Program-made: the position numbers and the translations under genes
Notes under the pieces: model-generated
Databases searched by the model: none
What the model saw: the letters and a program-made list of their open reading frames with translations, nothing else
Told to the model about the DNA's origin: nothing
Source: Octopus sinensis
Taxonomy: Eukaryota
Length of the DNA stretch: 64,000 nt
Reading direction: 5' to 3'
Assembly (NCBI RefSeq): GCF_006345805.1
Contig: NC_043021.1
Coordinates: 7,626,001-7,690,000 of the forward strand
Part shown: positions 1 through 13,564 of the stretch, piece by piece
Layout of the letters: every line of letters begins with the position of its first letter
Numbering within the stretch: position 1 is the first letter of the stretch

Positions 1-1024
1 GGCTATAGCCGAAGACACTTGCCCACGGTAGGTGCCACGCAGTGGGACTTGAACCCAAAAATCGCACGGGTGACAAAGTGAGCTTCTTAACCACACAGCC
101 ACCTCCCCACATTGGTTAGGAAAATATAAAAAAAAAAAAACTGTCATCACAATGGAAATAATATTCTGAATGATTCTGTAAGTAAATGGACAGCAGCAGC
201 AACAACAACTACTTTAATATACAATGGAAAGGAAGCTGTTTTTTTTTTTAAATGAATTCCTTACATTTGTATTGGAGAAGCAGATACTTCCATTAAATCA
301 TTTCAAAAAATTCTACAAGTTTTCTTTATTTATTTATCTATACTTTTTACTTATTCTTATTCTTCCTCTCTCTCCTCCTCCTCCTCTTCCTCTCCTTTCT
401 TACTCTTTTTAGTTTATACTACCTGTTTCTATTATTTATTTTAGATTTTTTTTATTCATTATTATTTCTTTTTTTTTTTACTAAGAAAATGGAGGGGGGT
501 GAAAATGTTATGGAGAAAATATGTTGGCAAATAAATGTATTTCAATCAATTCTATTTTCATTTTTTGCTTTTTTGATTTTTTTTTTTTTTAGCTTTCACA
601 ATTTTTTGATTTCAATTTTTCTTAAGAATGCTAAATGAATGTTAAAAGAATTTCACTTTATCTCATCTTCATCATCATCATCATTATTATTATTATTATT
701 ATTATCATCATTATTATTATTATTATCATTATTATTATTATTACGACTACTATTATCATCATCATCATCATTATTACTATTAATACTTTTGCTACTACTG
801 TTTTGAAAATCATTGTTATTACTACTACCACTACTACCAGTATTGTTACTACTGCTTTGAAGGTCATTAATATTACTACTATTACCATTATGATTTTGCC
901 TTTCATTCTTTCAAAGGTGGATAAAATAAAATACCAGTAATTACAAGGTCAATTTAATCAACAAATCCCCCACCTCACAAAACTGTTGGCCTTGTGCCTA
1001 AGCCAGAAGACATTACTTATTATG

Positions 1025-1059
<35 letters not shown>

Positions 1060-1746
1060 AACAACTGTCTGGAAATTCTTCAAATATCTCAAAAAGCTGA
1101 AGTCATAGCAAATAGATTTGAAAATTTTAAAGAAAATCTATTTTCAACATTATAGGTACAGGCATGGCTATGTGGTAGGAAGCTTGCTTCTTAGTCACAC
1201 ACTTCTGGGTTCAGTTCCACAGTGTGGCTTCTTGGGCCAGTGTCTTCTGCTATAGCCTCAGGCCTGACCAAAGCCTTGTGAGTGGAGTTTGTAAATGGAA
1301 ACTGAATGAAGCCCATCAAATGTGTGTGTGTGTGTGTGTGTCCCACCCCCACTTAACAACTGATGATATGTCTTTGTCCCTGTAACTTAGCAGTTTGGTA
1401 AAACAGACTGATAGAATAAGAACCAGGCTCTCAAAAGAATAAGTACTGGGGTTGAGTCATTAAACTAAAGAAATGATAATTTTTCAAACTGGTGCCCCAG
1501 CATGGCCAGAGTCTAATGGTGAAACAAGTGAAAAAGCAAAAAAAAAAAGATAAAAATAATATAGTCAAAGTATGATGAAAGTCATTTCATCTAGGTTTAT
1601 TTCTATCATTTTTGCAAAAAGTGATGGAATGTCAGAAACTAGTGATTCCAAACCAAATGTTCTACAGCAGAGGTTTTTAATCGGGGCCCACATAAGATTT
1701 TGTTGCCAAAGTTTATGAGCAGTAAATTGATTATTCTTCTACAATA

Positions 1747-2006
1747 ATAATAAATAAATGCGCCCTTTTAAAAACTAACCAGGCTCATGGGCCCGGTTTC
1801 CCGGTTTCTATGGCGTATGTGTTCCCCAGCTGGACGGGACGCCAGTCCATCGCAGCGTTACTCATTTTTGCCAGCTGAGTGGACTGGAGCAACGTGAAAT
1901 GAAGTGTTTTGCTCAAGAACATAACGCATCGCCCGGTCCAGGAATTGAAACCACAATCTTATGATCATGATGCTGACACCCTAACCACTAAGCCACACGC
2001 CTCCAC
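1747..2006 (-). mobile_element. SINE family D-related element with 14-bp TSD
   Basis: TSD ATTCTTCTACAATA at 1733-1746 and 2007-2020; related copies at 38655-38945 and 57915-57996. Confidence 0.75.
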
Positions 2007-2264
2007 ATTCTTCTACAATACACAAAATATTTTTACAATTTTTTAATACAGCTCATCATCAACATTATACGTCAAATTTTCCATGCTGGCATGGGTTGGA
2101 CAGCTTGACAGGAACTGGCAAGGCCAGGGACAGCATCAGGTTCCATAGTCTGTTTTGGCTTGGTATATATAGCTGGATGCCCTTCATAATGCCAACCACT
2201 TTACAGAGAGTACTGAGTGCTTTTTACATGACCCAATCACCAATGCTTGTCACATGACACCAGC

Positions 2265-2319
<55 letters not shown>

Positions 2320-3456
2320 AATTATTGTATACAGTGCTCAGGTGCGCCACAACTTGTCAGCATGTAATACTATTTAATATTCCTAATACTATTTAGTTAT
2401 TAAAATATAATGGAATTTTGTTTTAACATCAAATGGCTACAAGGGTCCAGTAGAAGAAAACAGGAATCAAAGGAATTCATAAATTTTTTTTAAAATACTC
2501 TACAGTATGTAGTTTCAGTTCTCAAAGTCTCAGGTTCAAATCTCTCCAGAGAAGAGGATTTCAATATTAAGCCTTAGACATCGACAATAGCTGATTCAAT
2601 CTTTCGTACAAAACTTTGGTCAGCTGCCAATGAAATCATCTTCAGAGAATTAAGCAAAATATCTTGAGGTATTTGTTCTGACTCTTTACATCCTAAGCTC
2701 AATTCCCCCAGAGCTCAACTTTGCCTTTCATCTTTTCTAAGTTAGTAAAATAAAGTACCAAGTCAAGTACTAGGGTCAATGTACTCAACTAGCCCCTGTG
2801 CTCAAAATTGTTGGTCATGTGCCAAAATTTTGAAACAATTATTCTTATAATTGCATTATTATTATCATTATTATTATTATTATTATTATTATTAATAAGA
2901 GACGGTGGGCTGACAGAATCGTTAGCACACTAGGAAAAATGCTTAGCAGTATTTCATCTGCCACTTCATTCTGACTTCAAATTCCACCGAGGTCAACTTT
3001 GCCTTTCATCCTTTCAGGGTCGATATAATTAGTACCAGTTGAGCACTGAGGTTGACATAATTGACTAGTTCTTCCCTCATTAAAATTGCCAACCTGGTGC
3101 CAAACCAAAATTAGAAAGAATTATTATAATTATTGATTTTCAAATCCTGCCAAGGTAGCATTATTAGCTTTGCCTTTCAGCCTTCCATAATCAAGCAAGT
3201 ACTGAGATCAATTTAACAAACAGTGCCACATTACTATTAACAATTTGTAGTCTTCCACCTCACTGAGGCAAATTTCGCCTTGCATCCTTCTTGGGGAGCA
3301 AAGTAGCAATAAAATAAAGTGCCATTCAAGTATTGGGGTTGATATAAATTAACTAACTGTGCCTTTCAAATTCCTTTCTGGCCTTGTGCCATTTGCAAAA
3401 AGTTGTCAACATAATTATAAGAACCTCGTCATTTTATTTGATTTTTTTTAAATATC

Positions 3457-3632
3457 AGCCACAGGAGTGGCTGTATGGTAGGTAGCTTGCTAAACAACCA
3501 CATGGTTCCGGGTTCAGTCCCACTGTGTGGCATCTTGGGCAAGTGTCTTCTGCTATAGCCCCAGGCCGACCAATGCCTTGTGAGTGGATTTGGTAGACAG
3601 AAACTGAAAGAAGCCTGTCGTATATATGTATG

Positions 3633-3667
<35 letters not shown>

Positions 3668-3875
3668 TTGTGTGTTTGTGTTTGTCCCCCTAGCATTGCT
3701 TGACAACCGATGCTGGTGTGTTTACGTCCCCGTCACTTAGCGGTTCGGCAAAAGAGACCGATAGAATAAGTACTGGGCTTACAAAGAATAAGTCCAGGGG
3801 TCGATTTGCTCGACTAAAGGCGGTGCTCCAGCATGGCCGTAGTCAAATGACTGAAACAAGTAAAAGAGTAAAGAG
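3457..3875 (+). mobile_element. SINE family A (tRNA-like head, internal TA/TG microsatellite), young copy
   Basis: A-box-like gtggctgtatggtagg and B-box-like ggttcagtccc; near-identical to 11218, 13115, 36710 and 62151. Older or partial copies at about 1-105(-), 1134-1550, 6405-6832(-), 12185-12720(-), 14715-15140, 18445-18600, 18960-19165, 25150-25455(-), 31710-31915(-), 32200-32390(-), 46640-46985, 61370-61590, 61690-61850(-), 62925-63090(-). Confidence 0.85.
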
Positions 3876-4099
3876 TATGACTTATTTTTCTTCTGCTCAT
3901 CATCATCGTGGTGGTGGTGGTGTAGAAGTAATGGTTGTAAGATCAACTAACTAGTGTACTGTTAATCATATACACCACCAAGTAAATAAGCTAGTCTGTC
4001 CAGTTCTAGAATACTATGGAGGCGTATGTGTCAGTGTATGAGTGGGTATATGCACGTGTGGTGCATGTGCATGTGTGTATGTTAGTGTGTAGGATGTAA

Positions 4100-5260
4100 A
4101 TGGAGAGAAATAGGGGAGCGGTAAGAGATGGGTGGATAAATTGAGAAGAAAATGAAAATGTGAGAAAATATGAGCAAAAAGACAGAATGAGAATGAGGGA
4201 GAGAGGGGAAGGAATTTGAAAGAGTAAGGGAAGAAGGGTGAGAATAAGAGAAGAGGAAAAGGAGAGACAGTGAGAAAACAGAATGGGTGTGGGAGAAACA
4301 GGAAGAGTGAGAGAGAAGATGAGAAGAAGAAGGTGAAAAGAGAAATAAGGAGAAATGAGTGAAGGAAATGAAGAGGTGGGGGGTGAATGGAGAGACTGAA
4401 GTGGCTGTGAAGGTGAAGAGAGAGGGAGGGGAGAGATGGAAGGAGAAGGAGAGAGAGAATGGAAAGCTGAAGGCATGGAAGGAAAAAAAGGGGTAATGGG
4501 GACATGAAGATGGAAAACAAAAAAAGGAAAACTGGAAGCATAGAGGGAGAGGATAGAAAAATAAGGACAAGGAAGAGAAGGGAAAAGCTGGGGACAAAAA
4601 GGGAAAAGTGAAGAGTTAGAGATATGAAAAGAAAGGGGAAAATAGGGGATATGGAGAGAAAGGAAAGACTAGGGGCATGAAGCAGGAGAAGGAAAAATAT
4701 GGGACATTAAGACAGGAGGGAAAAATGGGGGGGACATGAGGAAGAGAAGAGAAAAACTGGGTCCATGAAGCAGAAGGAAAATATAGGACATTGAGAGGAT
4801 GGAAAATATAGGACACAAAAGGGGAGAAGGGAAAAACTGGGGACATGAGATGAGTGGGGGGGAAAACAGGTGACATGATGGGAGAGAAGGGAATAAGAGG
4901 AAAGAGAAAGAAACATGAGGGTGGGCATGAAAGGAGAGGATGGAAAACAGGGGACATGACAGGAGAGAAGGGAATAACTGGAGATATGAGGAAAGAGAAA
5001 GAAACATGGGAGGGGGGCATGAATGGAGTGGATGAAAAAAAGGGGACATGAAGAGAGAGAAAGGGAAAAACTGATGACATGAAGGGAAAGTAGGGAAAAA
5101 GTTGGGTTACACGAAGAAAAGGTTGGAAAACTGGGAAAACAAAGGAAGAAAGAGGAAGCAAATTGATAAATGAAGAAAGACTGAAGAAATGGAGAAATAT
5201 TTGGAGAAGTGAAAAGAAAATTTTAAAAAAATGAAAAAAAAAAACTAAATATAAAAAATG
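4100..5260 (+). repeat. Purine-rich (GA) tract with a degenerate ~30-35-bp minisatellite
   Basis: Recurring ggggacatga...gagaagggaaaaact units at about 4480-5100; almost no C on the plus strand. Confidence 0.8.
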
Positions 5261-5396
5261 TAGAAAACCATTTCTATTACGAGACTGATATTGTATCATA
5301 ATCATTACCACTACTAGAAAAACCGTGGTTACACTGACGTTGTTGTCGTAAATTTATGCTGCACAGAATAAGCTTCCCATATGCATCTGGTTGTGG

Positions 5397-5432
<36 letters not shown>

Positions 5433-5645
5433 TATATATATATAAAATGGGATTTTGTTTTAACATCAAACGGCTACAAGGGTCCAGTAGAAGAAAATAG
5501 GAATCAAAGGAATTCATAAATTAAGAAAAAAAATACTCTACAGTATGTAGTTTCAGTTCTCAAAGTCTGTGTGTGTGTGTGTGTTGTGTGTGTGTGTGTG
5601 TGTGAATGTACACTCATACACACTCATATCTGTGCAATTCAACAT

Positions 5646-5681
<36 letters not shown>

Positions 5682-6613
5682 AGAAAAATACGTACAGATG
5701 CATGCACACGAATATGTACAATATGGAAGGAAGATAAAACTGCTTCGACAATCATGTGATGTGTAATGGAGTCAACAAAAGCAGATAAATTTCAGCCACT
5801 GCGTTTCCAGATTACAAAAAAACCTATCTTCTGAAAACCCTTCCCAGCTTCCACTTATCGCCCTTCTCTGGTGTGTGTGTCTATATATCTGTATTTACAT
5901 GCATATATGAGTGTGTGGGTGTATAGACACACATGGATAGATAGATAGATAGATAAACAGACACTCAGACAGACAGAAAGATAGATTCAAACACACACAG
6001 AACATCATAATCATTTCAACATCCACTTTTCCATGGGTCAGATACCATTTATTTTGGCTTATTTTGGTTGGCCCTTTCCGTTGCCAAACCCCATCTGTTT
6101 CCAAGCAAGGCAATATTTCCCCCATTGTCAGTTATGTTTTCACAGGATACTGGAAGTGACACTGCTTGCACAACTCACAACTTACCATAACAACTAGGAC
6201 ACAATTTTCCCCCACATTAAACTCCCATTTGCACACAAAACACTCTATAAAACATCATTAGTACAGACTTGAGTTTTCACACATGTACACAAATTTTCCC
6301 AGATTGTCAAACAGAAAGCAGATGGTTTTTAACGTCTAAAACCAAAAGTCAAAATTTGTATGCAAAAATATATACAATCAGACTTTTTATAAATAAAATT
6401 CAATTTCTCTTTTATTTGTTTCAGTCATTTGACTGCGGCCATGCTGTAGCACCGCCTTTAGTCGAGCAAATCGACCCCAGGACTTATTCCTTGTAAGCCT
6501 AGTACTTATTCTATCGGTATCTTTTGCCGAACCGCTAAGATACGGGGACGTAAACACACCACCATCGGTTGTCAAGCAATGTTGGGGAGGACAAACATAT
6601 ACACACACGTGTA

Positions 6614-6659
<46 letters not shown>

Positions 6660-6867
6660 TATATATATACAACGGGCTTCTTTCAGTTTCCGTCTACCAA
6701 ATCCACTCACAAGGCTTTGGTTGGCCCCAGGCTAGAGTAGAAGACACTTGCCCAAGGTGCCACACAGTGGGACTAAACTCAGAACCATGTGGCTGGTAAG
6801 CAAGCTACTTACCACACAGCCACTCCTATGCGTATTCGAGTACTAGTTTTTATTTGGAATTACAATT

Positions 6868-6999
6868 TCAATTTCTTGGCAAACTTTCTTCAACCACCAG
6901 CATACATTTGACTATCTCTGATCGTAGATTGAGGACATCCATCTCAACACACATTCCTTTGAAATCATCAGCTTTGATGACTTGGTTATCACAAAGCTC
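6868..6999 (-). CDS. Putative terminal exon, unknown protein
   Basis: Acceptor ttggtgtag; ELCDNQVIKADDFKGMCVEMDVLNLRSEIVKCMLVVEESLPRN*; AATAAA at 6854-6849, shortly after the stop. Confidence 0.2.
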   Translation of the reverse strand, partial: ELCDNQVIKADDFKGMCVEMDVLNLRSEIVKCMLVVEESLPRN

Positions 7000-7578
7000 C
7001 TACACCAACACAAGTAGTATAGAGTTAAACACTTTTCTCCACTCTTAGTCTATTTTCTTTTGGACTCTGTCTCACAAACTTCTTCTGCAGATTCTCATGA
7101 CTCTCTGTCATCATTCATCATCATCATCATTTAACGTCCACTTTCCATGCTAGCATGGGTTGGATGATTTGACTGAGGACTGGCGAACCAGATGACTGCA
7201 ACAGGCTCCAATCTGATCTGGCAGAGCTTCTACAGCTGGATGCCCTTCCTAACGCCAACCACTCCGAGAGTGTAGTGGGTGCTTTTACATGCCACTGGCA
7301 CGAGGGCTAGTCAGGCAGTATTGGCAATGGCCACGCTCAAATGGTGTTTTTTAGGTGCCACCTGCACAAGAGCCAGTCCAATGGCACTGGCAACGGTCTC
7401 GCTCAAATGTTTTTTCATGTTCCACCGGCACAAGTGCTTGTAAGGCAATGCTGGTAATGATCATGCTCGAATGGTGCCTTTTACGTGCCACCGGCACGGA
7501 AGCCAGTGAGCCACTCTGGCAACGATCACGCTTGGATGGTGCTCTTAGTGCTCCACTAGCATGGATGCCAGTCATCGA

Positions 7579-7612
<34 letters not shown>

Positions 7613-7768
7613 TATCATCATCATCATCATCATCGTTTAACGTCTGCTTTCCATGCTAGCATGGGTTGGACGGTTCAACTGGGGTCTGGCAAGCCCGAAG
7701 GCTGCACCAGGCCCAGTCTGATCTGGCAATGTTTCTACGGTTGGATGCCCTTCCTAACGCCAACCACT

Positions 7769-7825
<57 letters not shown>

Positions 7826-8054
7826 TGTGTGTGTGTATATATAGAGATTTATATATATATTGTGTGTTTATATATATACATATTGTGTGTGTATGTATTT
7901 ATATATATATATATATACATATATACACACCCACAGCATGGCCGCAGCTATGAAATTACAGAAAAAAACAAACATACACACACACAAATATGGTGTGTGT
8001 GTATCATTGGTTTCTTTATATATATAAATATGTAAACACACAATATATATATAA

Positions 8055-8085
<31 letters not shown>

Positions 8086-8142
8086 ATATACATAGATACA
8101 TATATATATATTGTGTGTGTGTATATTTGTGTGTATGTTTGG

Positions 8143-8181
<39 letters not shown>

Positions 8182-8386
8182 CCATATTGATAGTTAGCCA
8201 TATTGAAATGGCAAATATACGTCACGATGTGTTACCGCTACTGTATATAACTCACTACATATATATATAAACATAAATAATATTAAGGTAATAAGAATTA
8301 TAGAAACTATTATTACCAGTGGCCTAGCACAAAAATAGACTATATATTATTCACATAAAAAATGTACACAATATTTTTATGTGAAT

Positions 8387-8418
<32 letters not shown>

Positions 8419-10576
8419 CACACACACAAAACACCTTACATACACAGTGAAATGAACTCTATGGTTGCATAATCTTTCAACCTTCACAAAGACACAAAGT
8501 ACAAACAGTTCCAATGTGGTTCAGTTAAGGTCAGAACAAGGAGGCACCATATGAGATAACAGACAATACCAAAGACACACATGCCTTCTACAATACCACC
8601 GCAGCCAAATAATTCTAGGATTAGAAGTCTTACATAGTTTTCCATGTTGGACTTGTGTCAGTCTTTACACTGCGCTCATGCTGGAGCTCTACCTTGTACT
8701 CTGGTACTTATTTTTTTAAAGTCTAGTACTTATTTGGTATCCATTTCTTGAACTGCTACATTATGAGGAGATAAATAAACCAACACAGGTTGTCAAGTAG
8801 TGATGAGTGAGGACAAACACAAATACAAGAACCTTCCCCACCTAATGGGTATCTAAACTCAGCAAAGCCGAACCCTCTTCAAGTTTGAGCACAGCCAATT
8901 CCTTCCTGAGAAAGAGAGGGAGACAGACAGACAGGAAGACAAAAAAAAAATGACTCAGTAATTCACTGGTACTTTATTTCTTAAGCTGAAGGGATGAGAG
9001 GCATACGGACTCTTGCAAAGAACTCTCCAAAAACAACCGAAGACAAAGTTTATCTCAAATATTCTGTGTGTGTGTGTGTGTGTGTGTGTGCATGCATGTG
9101 CATCTGTACACATGCACAGGTACAGGTGTGAATGTGAGGTTAAGGAAGGTAGCTTCCCAACTACATATTTTCAGATTCAGTTCCATTGTATAGTGCCTTG
9201 GACAAGTTTCTTCTCCTACAGCCTCAGGCTGTCCAAAGTCTTGTGAGAGGATTTTGTAGATGGAAACAGAAAAGAACCCATTGTGTGTGTATGTGTGTGT
9301 GTGTGTGTGAATGCGTGTTAGTGTCTCCTTGTCTTAATATCGCTTGTAGTTGTAAATAAGAGTCACCATCCTTTGTTTCCAATCTTCCGCAAAATCTATA
9401 GCTGGCTTTGAGAAAATATTACCTTACTTGGAAACAGGTGAAGAAAGGTGACACGAAGGACATCTGACAATAGGACATCTGCCACAATGAATTCCATCCG
9501 ACTCATGCAAGCATAAAAAAGCAGACACTAAAATGGTTCTGATGATGATATACACACATACGATGAGCTTCCACCACAATATCTATCTACCAAGTTCCAC
9601 TCACAAGGTATCAGTCAACCCAAGGCTATGCCACAACACACTTATCCAAGAAGCCAGGCAAAGAGATCAAACCTAACCTAAAACCACATGGCTACAAAGC
9701 CAACAAGTTAGCCTTACAGCTTATGCTGGTCCTTGTATGCTATTTGATTTGAAAAATTTTATGAAGTCTTGCCCTCACGCATGGTCTGCTCAAAAACTCA
9801 TGATCCATTCAATATTCATATTTGAGGACAGAAAAGAGTTTTAGTCAGGAAATTCTATGCAACAGTGGAGCAATGCTCATGGCTCCACAAAAGTTTCTCA
9901 ACTATTTGAAGTAAGACATTAAAAGGGCCATGAAAAGCCTTCTCTACTCCATCACTCATGATCTAAGATTGAATAAATTATCAGAAGTGTACTATATGTG
10001 TATACAACAATGACAAATAATTCACTTTGCTATCACAAGGCCCTAGGTTCAAATCCACTGCATGGGATCTTGCCAGATTTTGTCAAACCATCCAACTGAT
10101 GCCAGCATGAAAAAATGGACATTAAATGATGATTATTATTATTATATTATTAAGGTGGCAAGCTAGTCAATGTAGTCAACTTGATCCCTATAAATTTCAG
10201 GCTTTGGATCTATTATAGAAGGGATAATCATTATTATTAATACCATGAATAGTGGAACAGAGGGTGTTGAACATTAGAAAGAATAAATCAGATCTGTGTG
10301 GTGGTGTTTATGAAATAAACTACATTTAAATAACAATGTACTGTTTTTAAAAGGAGAAAACTTTAATGAATAAATACTATATTCACAAAGAGCAATATTA
10401 TTTCTGAGAAGAAAATGTAAAATAAATTCAGAAAGGAAGACTACATATGAATTAATAACATACTCCCAAGTATATCTAGTATGCACATGTATGTTTGTTT
10501 GCATGTAGGAGAACATACACAAAACAGTTTAGCCAGGAACAAAATTGTTAGTTCTAATTAAATGATTTTCAGTTAA

Positions 10577-10792
10577 CCCTTTGGTATTCAGATTATTCTG
10601 TCAAATTTAATGCATTTTCATTCACGTTGCTTTTAATTAATCATGCATTATTTTGTAGCTTTGAAATTTTGATATGATTGTATATTTTATAATGGCATTG
10701 AAGGGTAAGTGTCATAGGCTAGATCTGGCTGGTTAGAACATAAAACAAGTAACATATTTAGGCTGGATATGGCGAGTTCAAATGCTACAGGG
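10577..10792 (-). mobile_element. piggyBac-like MITE, family 1 (diverged, inverted)
   Basis: TTAA|CCCTTTG...CTACAGGG|TTAA; internal sequence is the reverse complement of the 22131 copy. Confidence 0.7.
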
Positions 10793-10935
10793 TTAAACAC
10801 ACAAACACACACAAATAAATCTCTCAAACAAAACTATCCTATCTTTAAAAATTTGCTACAAGTTCAACTATCAGAGAGAAAAGACCCAGAACAATAAGCA
10901 AAAGAGAAAAGCCAAATAAATGCTGGGGTTTAGTC

Positions 10936-11654
10936 CATTGGTTCTCAACTGGGGTCCATATAAGATTTTTGGGGATCCACACAACACAATTGTAAAATGG
11001 AAATCCACAATAGAATTTTAAGGGCCCAGGAAAAAAAAATTTTGCTTTAGATCAATGTATTGGTATGTATTGCAAGAGAGCTGGTTTTCTTTTTTCAACA
11101 TTTGACATAGTTCAACCCACACAAGTCAATGGGCGAATATATATTTTGAAAGAACTTTCTTTAAAACTAGTTTTTAAAAAATAGAATGGCTAAGGGGATC
11201 CACCAGAATAAAATAGTAGTGGCTGTGTGGTAAGTAGCTTGCTAAACAACCACATGGTTCCGGGTTTAGTCCCACTGCGTGGCATCTTGGGCAAGTGTCT
11301 TCTGCTATAGCCCCGGGCCAACCAATGCCTTGTGAGTGGATTTGGTAGACAGAAACTGAAAGAAGCCTGTCGTATATATGTATATATATATAAGTGTGTG
11401 TGTATGTGTTTGTGTGTCTGTGTTTGTCCCCCCTAGCATTGCTTGACAACCGATGCTGGTGTGTTTACGTCCCCGTCACTTAGCGGTTCGGCAAAAGAGA
11501 CCGATAGAATAAGTACTGGGCTTACAAAGAATAAGTCCCAGGGTCGATTTGCTCGACTAAAGGTGGTGCTCTAGCATGGCCGCATTCAAATGACTGAAAC
11601 AAGTAAAAGAGTAAAGTGATTCATAAATTAAAAAGAACTGTTTGAGAAGCCCTG
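10936..11654. mobile_element. hAT-like MITE interrupted by a young SINE (11218-11616)
   Basis: Termini CATTGGTTCTCAAC / TTTGAGAAGCCCTG; perfect 8-bp TSD GTTTAGTC at 10928-10935 and 11655-11662. Confidence 0.75.
11218..11616 (+). mobile_element. SINE family A, young copy
   Basis: Near-identical to 3457-3875; nested in a hAT MITE. Confidence 0.85.
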
Positions 11655-12366
11655 GTTTAGTCCTTTTGATACCAACCCACCTGAGATATAAACATCGGTG
11701 TTATCTAAATTATAAATGATATAAATTAAGTGAGTTAAATTAAAACCAGCTATCTTGAATTTGTGCTAATTTATGTCCTTAATATCTGCTTCATAATGAC
11801 AAAGTTATTTTAGTAAATTCTTCATTATCTTCAAAATTGATTGAAACAAAGGTTGCGTACTTCAATAGAAATTTCATAACAAAAGAGTTAAACTTCTAAC
11901 ATAGTAAGCTTCAAGATTTACACAATGGTTTCAGGTGCAACATAACAGAGATAATTCTCAGTGCACACACACACTTGCATCTACACATTCAAAAGTATTG
12001 ATGACTAGTTTATTCCATGAAAAACTGAAAAAAAAAAGAAAAAAACAATACTGAGGGTGAACTATTGCGTAGTAAACATTTTTTCTTCTTTAACCGTTAT
12101 TTTTAATATTTCAAAGGTAAATTCCATTGAATATCATATTTAATTAAAACAATAAATAAATTAGATCTCTCCTAAAATTCATATTACTCTTTACTCTTTT
12201 ACTTGTTTCAGTCATTTGACTGTGGCCATGCTGGAGCACCGCCTTTTTCTTTGTAAGCCTAGTACTTACTATATTGGTCTCTTTTGCCAAACTGCAAAAC
12301 ATACCAGCATCGGTTGTCAAGTGATGATGTTGGGACAAACACAGACATACAAACATATACACACAT

Positions 12367-12410
<44 letters not shown>

Positions 12411-12412
<2 letters not shown>

Positions 12413-12523
12413 AAGTAAATATATAGCACAACGAAGTACCGATATTTACATTAGCGTCGTATTATTACGTTCGCTATTTCCAGTAAATATCGGTACTTCG
12501 TTATGCCATATATTTACTTCTTT
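12411..12523. repeat. Inverted repeat (~40-bp arms) adjoining (TA)n
   Basis: agaagtaaatatatagcacaacgaagtaccgatatttac / gtaaatatcggtacttcgttatgccatatatttacttct. Confidence 0.75.
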
Positions 12524-13114
12524 GTATATTTTCCCCTCACGGGCTATTCTTTACTGGAAAGCAATACTCTAGTATTGCATTACTAATTTATATATACATA
12601 TATACATATATACGACGGGCTTCTTTCAGTTTCCATCTACCAAATCCCCTCACAAGACTTTGGTCGGCCCGAGGCTATCGTAGAAGACACTTGCCCAAGG
12701 TGCCACGCAATGGCACTGCGCAGTATGAGTGCCCCATTATACAAGTAATATGCTGCATGAGCCGAGACTCATGCAAGTTTTTGTCTTGAAGTACAAGCGG
12801 AAATCCGCAGTATGAGCACACGAATCTTTAAGGTAATTCAGTTAATAAAACCAGTTTTACATATTTCTTTTGCATTCTCTTTGTTATAATTGTCGTTTTA
12901 CTTGTAACTACACCTTTTCTGTTTTAAAACCCATAAAAAATTATTTTCGAGCGGTTGGTGAGTGGGGGGGGGGGCACTGGAATGGATTAATAATATTTTA
13001 GCTAATTTCAATGGGGAAAACTGATTTGTAGAACATGTAAATCGTAAGACGAGCTTGGTCATGGAATGAATTGGAATCATGCTGCAAGGTATCACTGTAT
13101 ATATATATATATAT

Positions 13115-13514
13115 AGGCGCAGGAGTGGCTGTGTGGTAAGTAGCTTGCCTACCAACCACATGGTTCTGGGTTCAGTCCCACTGCGTGGCATCTTGGGAAA
13201 GTGTCTTCTGCTATAGCCTCGGGCCGACCAAGCCTTGTTAGTGGATTTGGTAGACGGAAACTGAAAGAAGCCTGTCGTATATATGTTATGTATGTGTGTG
13301 TATATGTTTGTGTGTCTGTGTTTGTCCCTCTAGCATTACTACTTGACACCGATGCTGGTGTGTTTACGTCCCCGTCACTTAGCGGTTCGGCAAAAGAGAC
13401 CGATAGAATAAGTACTGGGCTTACAAAGAATAAGTCCCGGGATCGATTTGCTCGACTAAAGGCAGTGCTCCAGCATGGCCGCAGTCAAATGACTGAAACA
13501 ACTAAAAGAGAAAG

Positions 13515-13515
<1 letters not shown>
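13115..13515 (+). mobile_element. SINE family A, young full-length copy
   Basis: Starts aggcgcaggagtggctgtgtgg; inserted within (TA)n. Confidence 0.85.
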
Positions 13516-13552
<37 letters not shown>

Positions 13553-13564
13553 AACTTGAAGTAT

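Noticed and set aside
2591-2675. Minus-strand ORF QIPQDILLNSLKMISLAADQSFVRKIESAIVDV* and a nearby CTGAAGA...GAAA
   Set aside because: Its 5' half overlaps a decayed family-B SINE head; the HHR-like boxes lack stems.
4006-5311. 126-231-aa S/L/F/P-rich minus-strand ORFs
   Set aside because: By-product of the purine/pyrimidine-skewed minisatellite.
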